Assembly: GCF_037042905.1 (NCBI RefSeq)
Contig: NC_087250.1
Coordinates: 14,510,001 to 14,570,000, forward strand
DNA from: Lytechinus pictus
Taxonomy: Eukaryota
Length of the DNA stretch: 60,000 nt
Direction of reading: 5' to 3'
The first letter of the stretch is position 1; each line of letters begins with the position of its first letter. The notes under the pieces are model-generated. The model saw only the letters and a list, made by a program, of their open reading frames with translations, searched no databases and had not been told where the DNA came from. The translations under genes and the position numbers were made by a program. Of this stretch, positions 27,849-40,139 are shown piece by piece.

Positions 27849-29878
27849 CAGGGTTGTAATAAAAAACGTTTTTTATAAAAAAAAACAAATAAAACGTTTT
27901 TTATTGTTTTAAAACGTTTTAAATCGTTTTAAAACGTTTTTTTCAACGAATGATGCAATTTTCTGTAAATCAATGAAACTATACACTACTGACACTAAAT
28001 AGAGTATGATTTAAGCTCTTGATGTTTTAAATAAGAGATGACCACTATTTTGTTAATGAATTTCCAACAGAAGAGTTCATATTTCCCCCAAAATTACTAA
28101 ATCATGGAAATTGAATGCCTACAAATAAAGAACACTTAGTAAGTTGACACTTTATTCCTAATACATGTATACATGTAGTCCCAAGGTATATTGAGTCTTG
28201 TCAATCGGGGGGGGGGGGGGAGGAGAAGAATTCACACAATGGAAGAAATTGACGTACATGGGGTTTCAAAGCTTAATTTCATTACCGGTAAATCAATATG
28301 TTTTATTTCATTTGAATCACTTATACCAATTTTAGTGCATGAAATACAAACTTAATTCAAATCTATAAATGAAGCCCTTGAACTACTTATCTTTTTAATT
28401 CAGGAATTCTGATCAAATACTAAAGGATTAAAAAAAATCAGTAGGCCTATAGAATGTTTTTTTAACCCTAATGAGACGTGGGGGTCTGCTTCAGCCCTCC
28501 CTTGTAATTTTTCGCGATAAATCCACTGCGCAAATTTTTTTTAATGCGTCACTCACATACTTTCCTTTTTTTAGTCTAACGCAACTTATGAGACCAAAAT
28601 CGCGACCCCCTGGTATGCGGTTCCGAAATCACGCAACATTTTGTAAGTTCATGCAGACCCAAAATTGCCCAATTCCAATGCAAATACTGTTTTTAGCCAA
28701 AATTCATAAATGTGTCATTATTTTGACTTTTACAGATTAAAACAATTAATTTCACCTTGTTTATGGTAAAAATATATTCCCTATTTCCTATTTTTAGATT
28801 ATGCCATGGGTAATGCGCGTGCCAATTTTCGTTGTGATCCCGCAATCGAAGGGCCCAGATCATAAGGGGGAGCTCCGGAGGGGGGCCTTCAGTCTTCTTA
28901 TGAAATAGCCCAGTCTATTTAGGTTACCAGTAATGTTTTATTAACTTTTTTATTTTTCTTATGTATAGATTTTTAAAACTTTTTTTTATTACTAATAGAA
29001 ATTTTGGCAATAATTTTCCAATCATTAACAATAAGTACAAATAATGATACAGATACAAATTTTGGCAAGAACTCACATTGGGTTTATACATGAAATCACG
29101 TTTTTGAGCAATTCGGGATCTGATAATATGCACTTGTGGTGTATATCATAACTGCACACCAATGCATGCATCCCAAAAATAGTCTAGAACGATATGTCGT
29201 GGCCCTGTCGTGTTTATGGATTTATCATAGAAAGTTTTAGGGGGCCATTAAGGTCCCCTGGAATTGTTAGGGTTAAGGTTTGCTAGCTGATTATCTTACA
29301 CTATTTAAAGTACTTTTCTTCATCTTTACAAAGCACAAAGTTTTACCGTTTTTGTGTGTACGGTGTACCTCAAGAGTATGATGTCAGGTTTACAGTCTAT
29401 TTGTAAAATATTATTGTGCTTGTGCACCACTTCCATTTCATTCAAGTACTTCTTTAACATGTATTTGAGCTCATTTGAAAATAGTGTTTCTTTTCCTGTC
29501 CAAAAAGTGAGCACAACACTCAGATGTTTGTTAAAATGATAATATTCTTAATGTAGATTGGATCATTGATGTGCACAATTGAACAGGGAGAAGAGGAACA
29601 AGACAAAGCAATGGAGAAAGAAAGTATAAAGGGGGAAAGAGGAGAAAAGGAGTGGTGTGTGTTGAAAAAGAGTTTTAGTTCGAAGGAAATAATACACCTC
29701 TTAATAAAAAATGGTATTAAAAAAACAACATTCATCTAAAATCACATCCATGCAAATTTATAACACACAAGTCTATGCGGTGTTTTAAAACACGTTTTTT
29801 TTGAGAAAAAAAACGGGTGTTTTAAAACGCGTTTTAAAACATGTTTTAAAACACACCGTTTAAAACGCGCCAACCCTG
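27849..29878. mobile_element. Non-autonomous hAT-type DNA transposon
   Basis: TIR CAGGGTTG...CAACCCTG, perfect 8-bp TSD CTTTAAAC (27841-27848 and 29879-29886), subterminal TTTAAAACG repeats at both ends. Confidence 0.85.
28462..29276. mobile_element. TTAA-CCCTAA...TTAGGG-TTAA bounded (piggyBac-like) non-autonomous element(s) nested in the hAT element
   Basis: TTAACCCTAA at about 28462 and TTAGGGTTAA ending at about 29276, with a second terminus-like sequence near 28925. Confidence 0.5.
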
Positions 29879-30361
29879 CTTTAAACCCGAGTTTAAGTTA
29901 AAGCCGACTTCAGAATACGGGCCATAGAATTTAGGAATAACACAGAATTCCCAGAATTTCATGGAAAATGGAAGTAAGACAAATCCAGTAATAGTCATAT
30001 AGACTAACACTGTGCATAAGCATGAAACTGCTCATCAAACCTGTTCTCAATGTTTAACACACGTTTCCCAATTCTATCTGCACAAGACCCTATAGCCCGT
30101 ATTCTGATAGCAGGTTTAACTTAAACTCAGGTTTAAAGTTGTGGTTTAAGTATGGCAAGCCAAAAGTATCAAATTTTTATTAAGTTGTATGTTTCTTATG
30201 TTTACTGTGCTCTTTCCTGATTCATTGATGGTGAAGACAATCATTTATCTATACTTCCTAGACAATTATGAATGATTTGAGAGCCAAATGAGCTGAAGTA
30301 TGATATCTCTACTGTTAATGATTTATGTAACAATTGGTTATCCATACTTAAACCACAACTT

Positions 30362-33300
30362 CAATTCAATTCAATTCATTTATTTGACATCCTTTAAAAA
30401 CATATGTACAAGTATACAACAACAAAGGAGTACAATAATTTAAATCACAGTATAAGCGATAAAAAATTGTCAAAATATAAAAGAAATGAAAATAAAATGT
30501 AGCGGATGTAGGAAGTCAGAAAGGCCATTGACCTGTCAAAGCCGACTCCCTTGATTACTACATTATGGTACGATTAAAAACACAAATAGAATAGTGGCCA
30601 AAAAAACAAACAAACAAAACAGACACGAACACATCGAAATCAACCCCCCCCCCCTCAGATAGGCAGTTGGAATTATTAACTATAAGTAGACAGTTGGTTT
30701 TGTTTCAATCTACGTTTCAATGATGAGAATGTAACAGATAATTTTAAAGTATCGGGTAAATTATTCCACAAGTTTGGTCCTTTATAACGAATTGTAGATT
30801 TAGAAAGCGTATAACGAAAGAACGGTATATATAATTTGTTTGAATTTCTCGTTACATAATTATTTATACTGCTATTAAATATAAAATAAGTATTAAAACA
30901 AGATGGAAAAATAGAATTTAAATTGAAATATTTGTACATAAATAAAATAATTTGCGAATCATAAAGTTCATTTAGCTTTAAAAGTTTTAGCTTAAAAAAT
31001 AAAATCTGTGTATGAGCTCTAAAAAAGGAATTTGTTATTACCCTTATTGCACGTTTTTGAATCACATATATCCTTTGTAATAAATATGATGCACAGCCAC
31101 CCCAGATAATCAGACAATAGTTCAAATGTGGCAAGATCAAGGTATTATATATATTTACAAGGATGCGAAATGGTAAAACTTTTTTGACTCTGTTCAATAC
31201 TCCAATTACTCTAGAAATCTTTTTACAAATGTAATCTATATGATATTTCCATGTCATATTTTCATCAAGAATTACTCCTAAGAATTTTACTTGATTAACC
31301 TGCTTTATTGCTTTATTGGCAATTGTTATTCGTATTGCACTGTTATCAATATGTTTATTATGTGTTTTAAAAATAACATAATTTGTTTTTTCGAAATTAA
31401 TAAAAAGTTTATTGGCAAGAAACCATCGTTGAATTTTGGCTATTTCAGTATTTAATATAAAATTCATATTAAAAGGATCATTACCAGATAAAAAATTTAT
31501 ATACAATAAAAATAATAATGGGCCTAGATTAGATCCCTGAGGTACACCCATTTGTATATTGCTATATGCTGATGTATTATTGCCAATGCTCACATATTGC
31601 TTACGATTTAATAAATAACTTTTCAATAATAACAATGGAGTCCCTCTAATTCCATAAAAATACAATTTATGGAATAAAATATTAAAATCAATACAATCAA
31701 AAGCTTTTGATAGATCTAAAAATATACTGATTAAAAATTCATTGCACTCAAAAGCCTGAGATATGCTATCGACGAATTTTAAAAGTGCATGGCAAGTAGT
31801 ATGGTTTTTTCTAAAACCAAATTGCTTTTCGAATAAAATGTTATTATTTTCAATAACAAGTGGAATGCCTCTGGCCGTCTCACCTGCATCACGCGATTCA
31901 ATATAGCAGCAGTGCTGATTTTGAAAACTACTATAACTCGTACGAGATGTTCAGTGATACTTGGTTACTCGTATTTCCACGTTTTATGAATTAGACCAAT
32001 ACACTTATAGAGATATGATGGCAATTCAACAAATACCCCCAACGTGGCCAAAGTTCTTTGACCTTACATGACCTTTGACCTTGATCATGTGACCTGAAAC
32101 TCGCACAGGATGTTCAGTGATACTTGATTACTCTTATGTCCAAGTTTTATGAACTAGACCAACACACTTTCAAATTTATGGCTGTAATTCAACAAATACC
32201 CCAATTTGGCCAAAGTTCATTGACCCTAAATGACCTTTGACCTTGATCATGTGACCTGAAACTTGCACAGGATGTTCAGTAATACTTGATTACTATTATG
32301 TCCAAGTTTCATGAATCAGATCCATAAACTTTCAAAGTTATGATGGTAATTCAACAGATACCCCCAATTCGGCCAAAGTTCATTGACCCTAAATGACCTT
32401 TGACCTTGGTCATGTGTCGTGAAACTCATGCAGGATGTTCAGTGATACTTGATTAACCTTATGTATAAGTTTCATGAACTAGGTCCATATATTTTCTAAT
32501 TTATGATGACATTTCAAAAACTTAACCTTAGGTTAAGATTTTGATGTTGATTCCCCCAACATGGTCTAAGTTCATTGACCCTAAATGACCTTTGACCTTG
32601 GTCATGTGACATGAAACTCAGGCAGGATGTTCAGTAATACTTGATTAACCTTATGGCCAAGTTTCATGAACTAGGTCCATATACTTTCTAAGTTATGCTG
32701 TCATTTCAAAAACTTAACCTCAGGTTAAGATTTGGTGTTGACGCCGCCGCCGCCGCCGCCGTCGCCGTCGGAAAAGCGGCGCCTATAGTCTCACTCTGCT
32801 ATGCAGGTGAGACAAAAACAATCAACTTATTATATATAATTTTTTCAAAGATCTTACTGAAAATTGATAATACTGATATAGGTCTATAATTATTTAGTGA
32901 AGAGGTATTACCACTTTTAAAAACCGGAGTTACTCGGGCGATTTTGAGTGCATCAGGAAATATACCACGTTCTATGGCCAAATTAATTATATTACAAAGA
33001 GAAGTCAAGACTATATGAATAGATTTCTTCAAGACTTTGGGGTGAATGTAATCATACCCTGGACCTTTACTTACATCAAGTTTCAGGACAACGTTTAAAA
33101 TATCCCTCTCCGTAGCAGGATGTAAAAACAACGACTTTTCAAAATGACCAGTCATACACTCTCTAAATGAATTTTCTGTGCTATTACTGTTGATGTTTTC
33201 TCTTAGCTTCACACCTACTGAAGTGAAATGGTCATTGAACTCATTGACTATTTCCTGTTGATCAGTTACTGTACTACCATTTATTTCTAACCCTCTTACA

Positions 33301-33757
33301 ATTGTTTTCGATATATTTCTATTTAAAGTCTGGTTTATAACATTCCATGTCCCTTTCATATTACCTTGTAGTTTCGCAAATTTCGTGTGAAAATACTCGC
33401 GTTTCTTTTCTCTTATCAAGTTACCGAGATCATTACGGCACCTTTTATAGGCGTTTTCACATGTATCAGATTTACTCTTCAGGTATTTTTGGTACAAAGC
33501 ATGTTTTCGTTTACTTAGGTTTATGATATCTTTCGTTATCCATGGTTTTCTTTTTGTGTTTACTTTCTTTTTCTTTATCTTTGCACTAAAATATCGATTA
33601 TAAACACCTCTATACAGTTTCAGAAAACAATCATACCTTATGTTTACATTGTCAATTGCGTTCAAAACATCCCAATTTACTTTGCTTAGTTCACTACAAA
33701 ATAGGTTTATATTTTCATCACTGTAATCTATTTTTTCAATTTCAATATCTTTTTCCT
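30362..33757 (-). mobile_element. Degenerate 5'-truncated LINE (L2/Crack-like RT), split by an insertion at 31855-32816
   Basis: ORFs 32799-33665 (KPWIT, NYRPISVL) and 30676-31855 (QFGFR, DLSKAFD, GVPQGSNLGP). (TTGAA)n 3' tail at about 30361-30378. Confidence 0.9.
31855..32816 (-). mobile_element. Helentron-associated non-autonomous element (HINE/DINE-1/pearl-like) with an internal tandem array
   Basis: Asymmetric subterminal inverted repeats GTCTCACCTGCAT / ATGCAGGTGAGAC, terminal hairpin GTCTCAC...GTGAGAC, (GCC)n microsatellite, about five ~170-190-bp units containing ATGACCTTTGACCTTG, inserted in an A/T run. Confidence 0.75.
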
Positions 33758-34360
33758 TTAAACCCGAGTTTAAGTTAAACCTGTTATCAGAATACGGGCC
33801 TTTGTTTTTATAATATTTTCACTAATTAAAATAGTCTTATCAAATGTTTTGTATATGTCACCGAAGAACACATAATGTGATGCGTAGAACACAAAAAAAA
33901 AACAGAATTGGCATTTGATAAAAGGAAAACCTTGGGGTTTCTATAATAGCCAGACATCACACCAAAATGTCTAAACTGAATTTAAAATTCACTCGGCATA
34001 TTAATTGGTAATACTCTAAGTCCCCTGTTATCTTGACAGTCCTAGGTGGAAACTAGATTAAATGTGTAATGGGAATGCTCGAAGCGGTCTTGGAAGCGAT
34101 CTTCAAAACCAGTTTGGAAAACCACCTTGTGATGTGTTTTTCATGACCTCTTTGCCTCGTAAAGCGTAGGTGAGGACGAAACCGTTCTTCAGGAAGAGAT
34201 CTCCGCAACAATGTTTGGCACGCTACTCCACGCACAGTGTGTAGAATGTCTACACTGCGATTTCAAATTTTGTGTGAAACATGTCACCCCACTGAGAGCG
34301 TTCCGTAGCAACAAGACCGCTTCACGTAAAGCGGTTTTCAAAACCACTTTCGGGTGATCT

Positions 34361-34627
34361 GGGCCTATTCTTACAAAGAGTTACGATTGATCCGATCTAT
34401 CTCAAGTACATGTATATGGAAATCCATCAGTGTCATAATTTTTCTTAGAAAATTTACTCAATGTCCTTTAAAAACAAAGAGAAGTCAAGAAAAAACAGTG
34501 AATGAATGAATATGTATTCATTTCTAGAAAATATTTTGAACAAACATATAATTTTAGATGTTGACGTTGCTGGCTTTCCATAGCTGCGATTGATCGGATC
34601 AATCGCAACTCTTTGTAAGACAGGGCC
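34361..34627. mobile_element. MITE, second copy of the 21383 family
   Basis: Same TIRs and same interior. Confidence 0.8.
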
Positions 34628-34738
34628 AAAATAGGAACGCTAGCAAAGTGATCTTCTGGTTTCTTGAATCAGTTTCCACTAAACTAGTTTTAGAAAGTAT
34701 ACTGAGAATGGGGTCACATTCATTCATCAATCACATAC

Positions 34739-34836
34739 CACATCTTCTGCTTGTGTATTCCTATTGAATCCATCATTGTCTTCATCATCATCGTCATCGT
34801 CATCAGAGTCTTGATCGAGAGGGGCAGCATTCCGTG
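34739..34836 (-). CDS. PLEKHF2: PLEKHF exon 8, poly-Asp tail (RNAAPLDQDSDDDDDDDEDNDGFNRNTQAEDV)
   Basis: TTTTTTCCAG acceptor (phase 1) and GTG|GTATGT donor (phase 0). The poly-D tail is a Phafin hallmark. Confidence 0.88.
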
Positions 34837-36029
34837 CTGGAAAAAAGTAAGAAGAAGTAGGTATTGTTGTAAAGCAAAGCTTGAGCATGGGCATGTTTTT
34901 TAATAATAATAATAATCCGCTTTTATATAGCGCTTAATACATCTGAACGACGTGTCTAAGCGCTTTACATATATATTATTACCCCGGTCATCGGATTCAA
35001 TCAGTCATTCCTGCACACAATGTATGCACATCCTCCACTCTCTGGGTAGTATTTTTTTATACAAATATATATTAATAAAGGGCAAAAAAGAAAAGGGATT
35101 AACCTACACAGTGGAAAAGAAATTTCATATCTTAATCCCGAGGAGCGTGTCATGGAATGATTTGTCGGGCATTTCATCCGACAAGTCCTGTTTCATCCAG
35201 CAGTTGCCACAGTTAAACAGTGCTTCTCAGCCAATCAAAATCAAGGAAAGTTGTTTGATCTGACAGTTTCTAAGAAAACAAATACTGATGAACCGCTCCC
35301 CAGTGACTGAAAACACTCTCTCCTAGCCATTCTCTGGTTCAGTGTACTCCAACGAAATACATCAAAATAAATGATTCGAGATACAAGGGGATACAGATTT
35401 TACATCTTTGTTTCGGCTAGATGCGGGACAGAAAATAGTCACCCTCCCTTCCTTTCTCTTGTTCTCTTGTTGTTGGTCGTAAAAGTCACATACCCTGAAA
35501 GGGCTTTGACTCCAGATAAAGGGAGTCAGATTTTAACATCCTAATCAAGGGACGGATAATACTTTCTCCCAGCATTTCTCTCATTCGGTGTCCTTTGATA
35601 AAAGGTATTGCTAGTAATAATCACAGACCGTATGAAAAACTTCAAAAAGAATTGCTCTTTTTTTTTACTTGTACGATTTTGATAAAATGTACTTCATAAA
35701 AAAATTGGTATTAACATTTTCTTCAGATGTATTTTATCATTTTTAAATTTCTTTCACATGTATTCAATGTTTTGTGTTTCATTGTTCATTCAGTGGAAAT
35801 TTTTGCTGATACAATTCTGATCATAAATAACATTAAATGATTAAAACGCTTAATCGGGGAAAGTAAAAATAATGATGCATCAATGAATTCAGATGCAACA
35901 TTATACCCGAGGGACAGAAAACATTTTACTCTCTCCCCATCCTCTTTTGTTTTGTTCTTCTCCAATGAAAGTTGCCGGTAGCAGTAAGCACATATTCTAG
36001 CAAAGACTCCTGATTCAATATGAAGGATT

Positions 36030-36451
36030 TAGGGCCACCGCACACCTTACGACTGTTTGCGATCCGATTCTGGAACAAATCGCATTTTGCTCATTTTCTG
36101 AAAATGTGAATGGAACATATTATTTTATTTGAGGTCAAAATTAATTGAAAGAATACTAATATATATCCATTTTGAAAGATTGCAAGCCTACATTTTGGAG
36201 TAAAGGCCAGATTAGTTTCAAATCGTAGCCAATCGTACCACTGCTATGACGTCATTACGACTAGAAATTAAATTCGCTTTTATTCGAAGAAGGATGATAG
36301 CGTAGTCACAGATTTGAACAAAGGTATTCGTATGATGATTTAGAACATTACACAGTAAGATATTCCAAGTCTCAATGTTAGCATCAAATTCTACTACATT
36401 TTATTCTGAAATCGGGTCGCAGACCAATCGTAAGGTGTGCAGTCGCCTTAA
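36030..36451. mobile_element. MITE, PIF/Harbinger-like
   Basis: TIR GG..AC.GCACACCTTACGA / TCGTAAGGTGTGC.GT..CC with TTA-type flanks. Confidence 0.7.
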
Positions 36452-36505
36452 GTCAACATGGGGATTCAGATTTAACATCCTAATCAAGGGACAGATAATA
36501 CTTAC

Positions 36506-36662
36506 TCTGTCCCAGCCTTTCTCTCGTCCCGTTCTTCTCCAATGACAGTTGTTGGTAGCAGTAATCACAAACCCTGACGGGGGCTTCGGACTGAAGGGGT
36601 AGAAGAAACTTCTTAGAAGAGCAAGATTGGCAAACCACTTTACCACACTTCCGACAATGGTG
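36506..36662 (-). CDS. PLEKHF2: PLEKHF exon 7, FYVE core ([52 protein letters not shown])
   Basis: Completes RRHHCR across the splice junction and contains the RVC motif. CTCAG acceptor, A|GTAAGT donor (phase 1). Confidence 0.95.
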
Positions 36663-36799
36663 CTGAGAGGGACAGAATATAAGAAAATAAAATGGAGGTC
36701 AATTCAATGGTAAATTGCGCATTGGTCTACATCTGCTCCGTCATCTCTCCATCTCGTCTCATCCAACAAGGTCTTATCCTAGTTTTAAAAAAATGAAAA

Positions 36800-37210
36800 T
36801 TCATGGGCGAAATAGAATCTGAAATAGAAATACTCCAAAAATTCATTTCGCCCAATTGATCGTGGGCCTGGCATCCACACCACAGCACTAGATCGATGTT
36901 GCCCTATCCGTTAAATCATTGAATGCCAAACAGGGTAGCAATAACTCCAATCTTAATACCTCGGTCACATTTGCTCTACGGCGGCCGTACGGCGAGTCGA
37001 AAACAGCCGTTTTATTCATTTTTATTCAAACCACCTATAATATAGCTGGTACAAAAAATGTTAAAACGGCTGTTTTCGTCTCGCCGTACGGCCGCCGTAG
37101 AGCAAATGTGACCGAGGTATTAACATCTTTTGGTCTGACGCAGTCGGGGCTTGAACTCCCGACCTTCTGGTTATGAGACAGACACTCTACCAACTGAGTC
37201 AACACACTGG
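36800..37210 (-). mobile_element. tRNA-derived SINE of the same family as 40140-40395, split by a MITE
   Basis: Head TTGACTCAGTTGGTAGAGTG...GTTCAAGCCC. The body aligns to the 40 kb copy on both sides of the insert. Confidence 0.75.
36957..37119. mobile_element. Short hairpin MITE inserted in a SINE
   Basis: Perfect ~38-bp TIR TACCTCGGTCACATTTGCTCTACGGCGGCCGTACGGCGAG with TTAA on both sides. Confidence 0.85.
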
Positions 37211-37369
37211 TTCTACTAACCATGTAGCCCATTGAAACTTACATGTAGACCAATTTCTATTTTGTGTAATATCCACCTGGTCTATTATCACATATTTTAC
37301 ATACATGTAGCTCAGATAAACTGCTTACAAATAAAATTTTAATTTGAAAAAGTGAAAAATGGTTAGTAG

Positions 37370-38180
37370 ATGAAGTTGTAAACCTCTTCTAACATAAATT
37401 TTAAGATGATCTTACCTGTCTGAACAGGGTAGTAAACCTCTCTTTACAAAGGCTACATGTTAAGGTTATCGTATATCTTACCCGTCTGAACACGATAGTA
37501 AACCTCTTATTACATAAACATTCATTTTTATCTTACCCATCTGAACAAAGTGGTTAACCTCTCATTGCATAAATATTAATATTATCTATATCTTACCCAT
37601 CTGAACAAAGTAGTAAACTTCTTATCTACATAAATATTAATATTTTCTTAACCATCTAACAGGTTAGTAAAACTTCTGCTTTATTACAGAAATGTTACGG
37701 TTACCTTATGATCCATCTGAATAGGGTAGTAAGATTCTTCACTTAAATGTTACTATTTCATTTTTACTACTCTGTGCATTGCCGTAAAACTATTTCAACA
37801 TAAATGTTAAGATTATCTTTACCCATCTGAACAGGGTGGTAAACCTCTTATTACATAAATGTTATAAAGATTATCTTATCTGTCTGAATAGAGCAGTAAA
37901 CCTCTCATTACAGAAATGTTAAAGGCTATCTTCTCCATCTGAAGAAGTAAACTTCTTCGCTTAAATGTAACTTTATTTTTACTTGTCTGTACACGGTTGT
38001 AAAACTCTTTTAACATAAATGTTAAGATTGTCTTGCCCGTCTGAACAGGGTGGTAAACCTCTTATTACATACATGTTAAGATAATCTTACCCGTCTGAAC
38101 AGGGTGGTAAACCTCTTATTATATAAATGTTAACATCATCTTACCCGTCTGAACAGGGTGGTAAACCTCTTATTACACAG
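37370..38180 (-). repeat. ~54-bp tandem array derived from the exon 6 3' end and splice donor
   Basis: About 13-14 copies of CTTACCCGTCTGAACAGGGTGGTAAACCTCTTATTACA. The last copy is the exon itself. Confidence 0.9.
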
Positions 38181-38248
38181 CATACAATGGGGGGCATCAT
38201 GATCAGGAACCCAGACTGGGCTTAGCTCCGTGGCAGGCTTCTTCCCAC
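38145..38248 (-). CDS. PLEKHF2: PLEKHF exon 6, start of FYVE domain (GKKPATELSPVWVPDHDAPHCMLCNKRFTTLFRR)
   Basis: WxxD motif and first CxxC. TTTCAG acceptor, CGG|GTAAGA donor. Confidence 0.95.
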
Positions 38249-39389
38249 CTGAAATATAAGACAAACAAATATCAAGACCTCAGTTCCAATATACACATAT
38301 CCATCTTTGATACATTAACAATACAATTTACACTACCTCAACCTGCCATACAACCAGCAGATGACATGAGAGTTCTGAAGGTGCAATTATATACATATTG
38401 TTGTTTGAAAAGTCATCATCACTCTTCTGGTCCGATGGAGTTGAAGCGCCATCTCAGGGCGAGAACCAAAGAATCGTAGTAATTGTAAAATGAAAAATTC
38501 AAGCAAGAAAATTGAGAAATCTTGCATGGTAATCTTATTTCTATAGCCCACTTAAAATTTTAATTCTCAGAACTGCTTAATTGTCAGTCTTCGGCTCTGC
38601 GAATTTTTCATTTCTTTATTTCATCGGTCAACCGATCTGAAAAAAATTGCAAAGGTGACCGGAAGAATCTGTTGGGCATGGATGTAGGGTCCGCAGTTGG
38701 GTAAATGCGTACACAAATGTGAAAATGATCATAAAAAATTAATTCATCCATGCTCGTCCCCCCCCCCCCTCAAGCAAAATAAAAAGAAAATTCAAAATAG
38801 TTCAGAAGCCCTTGCGATGGACTGATCAGCTCAACTCAGCCCTACCCTTGCATCTATTACTTAACAATTTGGTGGTCTTCAGAATTCAGTGCAGCGGACA
38901 AGCCAATTTCTAACTTCGGGTTCGACATCGCGCACAGTTCCATTGCACTGTAATGTCACTGTGATGCTTCCAAAATTAAATCCATTTGGCAAAATCGAAG
39001 GAAGAATTCATCGAAAAATGTATATAATTCCGCAAAGAAATATGCGGCAAATTCCTCTCCCACCTCCTGACCCTAGTAAACAGCATTGCAAGCCGACCAG
39101 CGCAGCACAATTGCACATATGCACTACTAGCACGCGCAACAGATGTCGACTCTTTCCCACGAGGCATTGCGAATTTCGACGGCCTGCCCGCTGCAACTGA
39201 TAGGTGCCGCACCGCATCGTGAATCCACCAAATTATAATAATAATAATATGCAACATTTATATAGCGCTTAATACAAATGTTTCTAAGAGCTGCATACTA
39301 TTACCCCGGCTTTAGCACGGCTACCCTGATCGGGCGCATCGAGCACTCAAGGAATTTCAAATTATCTTTAAAAGATCACGAGCACTTAC

Positions 39390-39515
39390 TTTTTGCTAGC
39401 AGATCTGAGATGCATTTGTTGATGTGTGCCATCCATTCTGATTTCTCTGTTGCCGTGGCAGCATACACTGTGAATGATTTGGTTGCACTGATAATCTGCC
39501 AACCATTTTTTAAAT
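39390..39515 (-). CDS. PLEKHF2: PLEKHF exon 5, end of PH domain (LKNGWQIISATKSFTVYAATATEKSEWMAHINKCISDLLAK)
   Basis: TTTTCAG acceptor and GTAAGT donor, phase 1 to 1. Contains the PH C-terminal helix EKSEWM. Confidence 0.95.
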
Positions 39516-39551
39516 CTGAAAAACATGAATAAACAGAGAATTAAATATAAA

Positions 39552-39864
39552 GGCCCGTATTCGGAAGTCGAGTTTAACTTAAACTCGGGTTTAAAGCTGT
39601 GGGTTAAGTATGGATAGCCAATTGTTACATAAATCACTTAAACAGTAGAGATATCTTATTTCAGCTCATTTGGCTCTCAAATCATTCATTATTGTCTAGG
39701 AAGTATCAATAGGTGATTGTCTTCACTATCGATGAATCAGGAAAGAGCACAGTAAACATAAGAAACATACAACTTAATACAAATTTTGACACTTTTGGCT
39801 TCCCATAAATTTAGCACAGAGTTAGACCATGGTCTAAGTTAAACCTGACTTCAGAATACGGGCC
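39552..39864. mobile_element. MITE family A, intact ~313-bp copy
   Basis: TIRs GGCCCGTATTC.GAAGTC.....TTTAACTTA. Related copies at about 3180-3294, 17860-18172, 18910-19220, 20302-20612 and 43330-43630. Confidence 0.85.
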
Positions 39865-40139
39865 AATATAAATAAAATTACATGCATGAATAAATAACAA
39901 TGTCAATGTTGTCTCCCTAGCAACATACATTCATGCTCTTGAGAAGGAGTATGAAAAAAAACAAGCTTAAAACCTTTTTGTTTTCTCAGTAATATTCCCT
40001 TAATATATATTGTAAGCACTTGATGAGTAGAATTTACATGTACATGTATATGGTAAAGCGCTTTGAGCATGTTCAATGAAAATGAGAGGTACAAAATGCT
40101 TTATGTAAAGATAATCACCCCCGAAGGCCTAGGGCTGTT

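Larger units (their letters stand above)
27575..29923. mobile_element. MITE family A copy (TIR GGCCCGTATTCTGAAGTC...) interrupted by a hAT-type element
   Basis: Left part 27575-27848 and right end 29887-29923 reconstruct the intact copy at 39552-39864. Confidence 0.85.
30095..33800. mobile_element. MITE family A copy interrupted by the LINE
   Basis: Left part 30095-30361 and right end 33758-33800. The TIR variants GCCCGTATTCTGATAGCAGG / CCTGTTATCAGAATACGGGC match each other. Confidence 0.85.
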
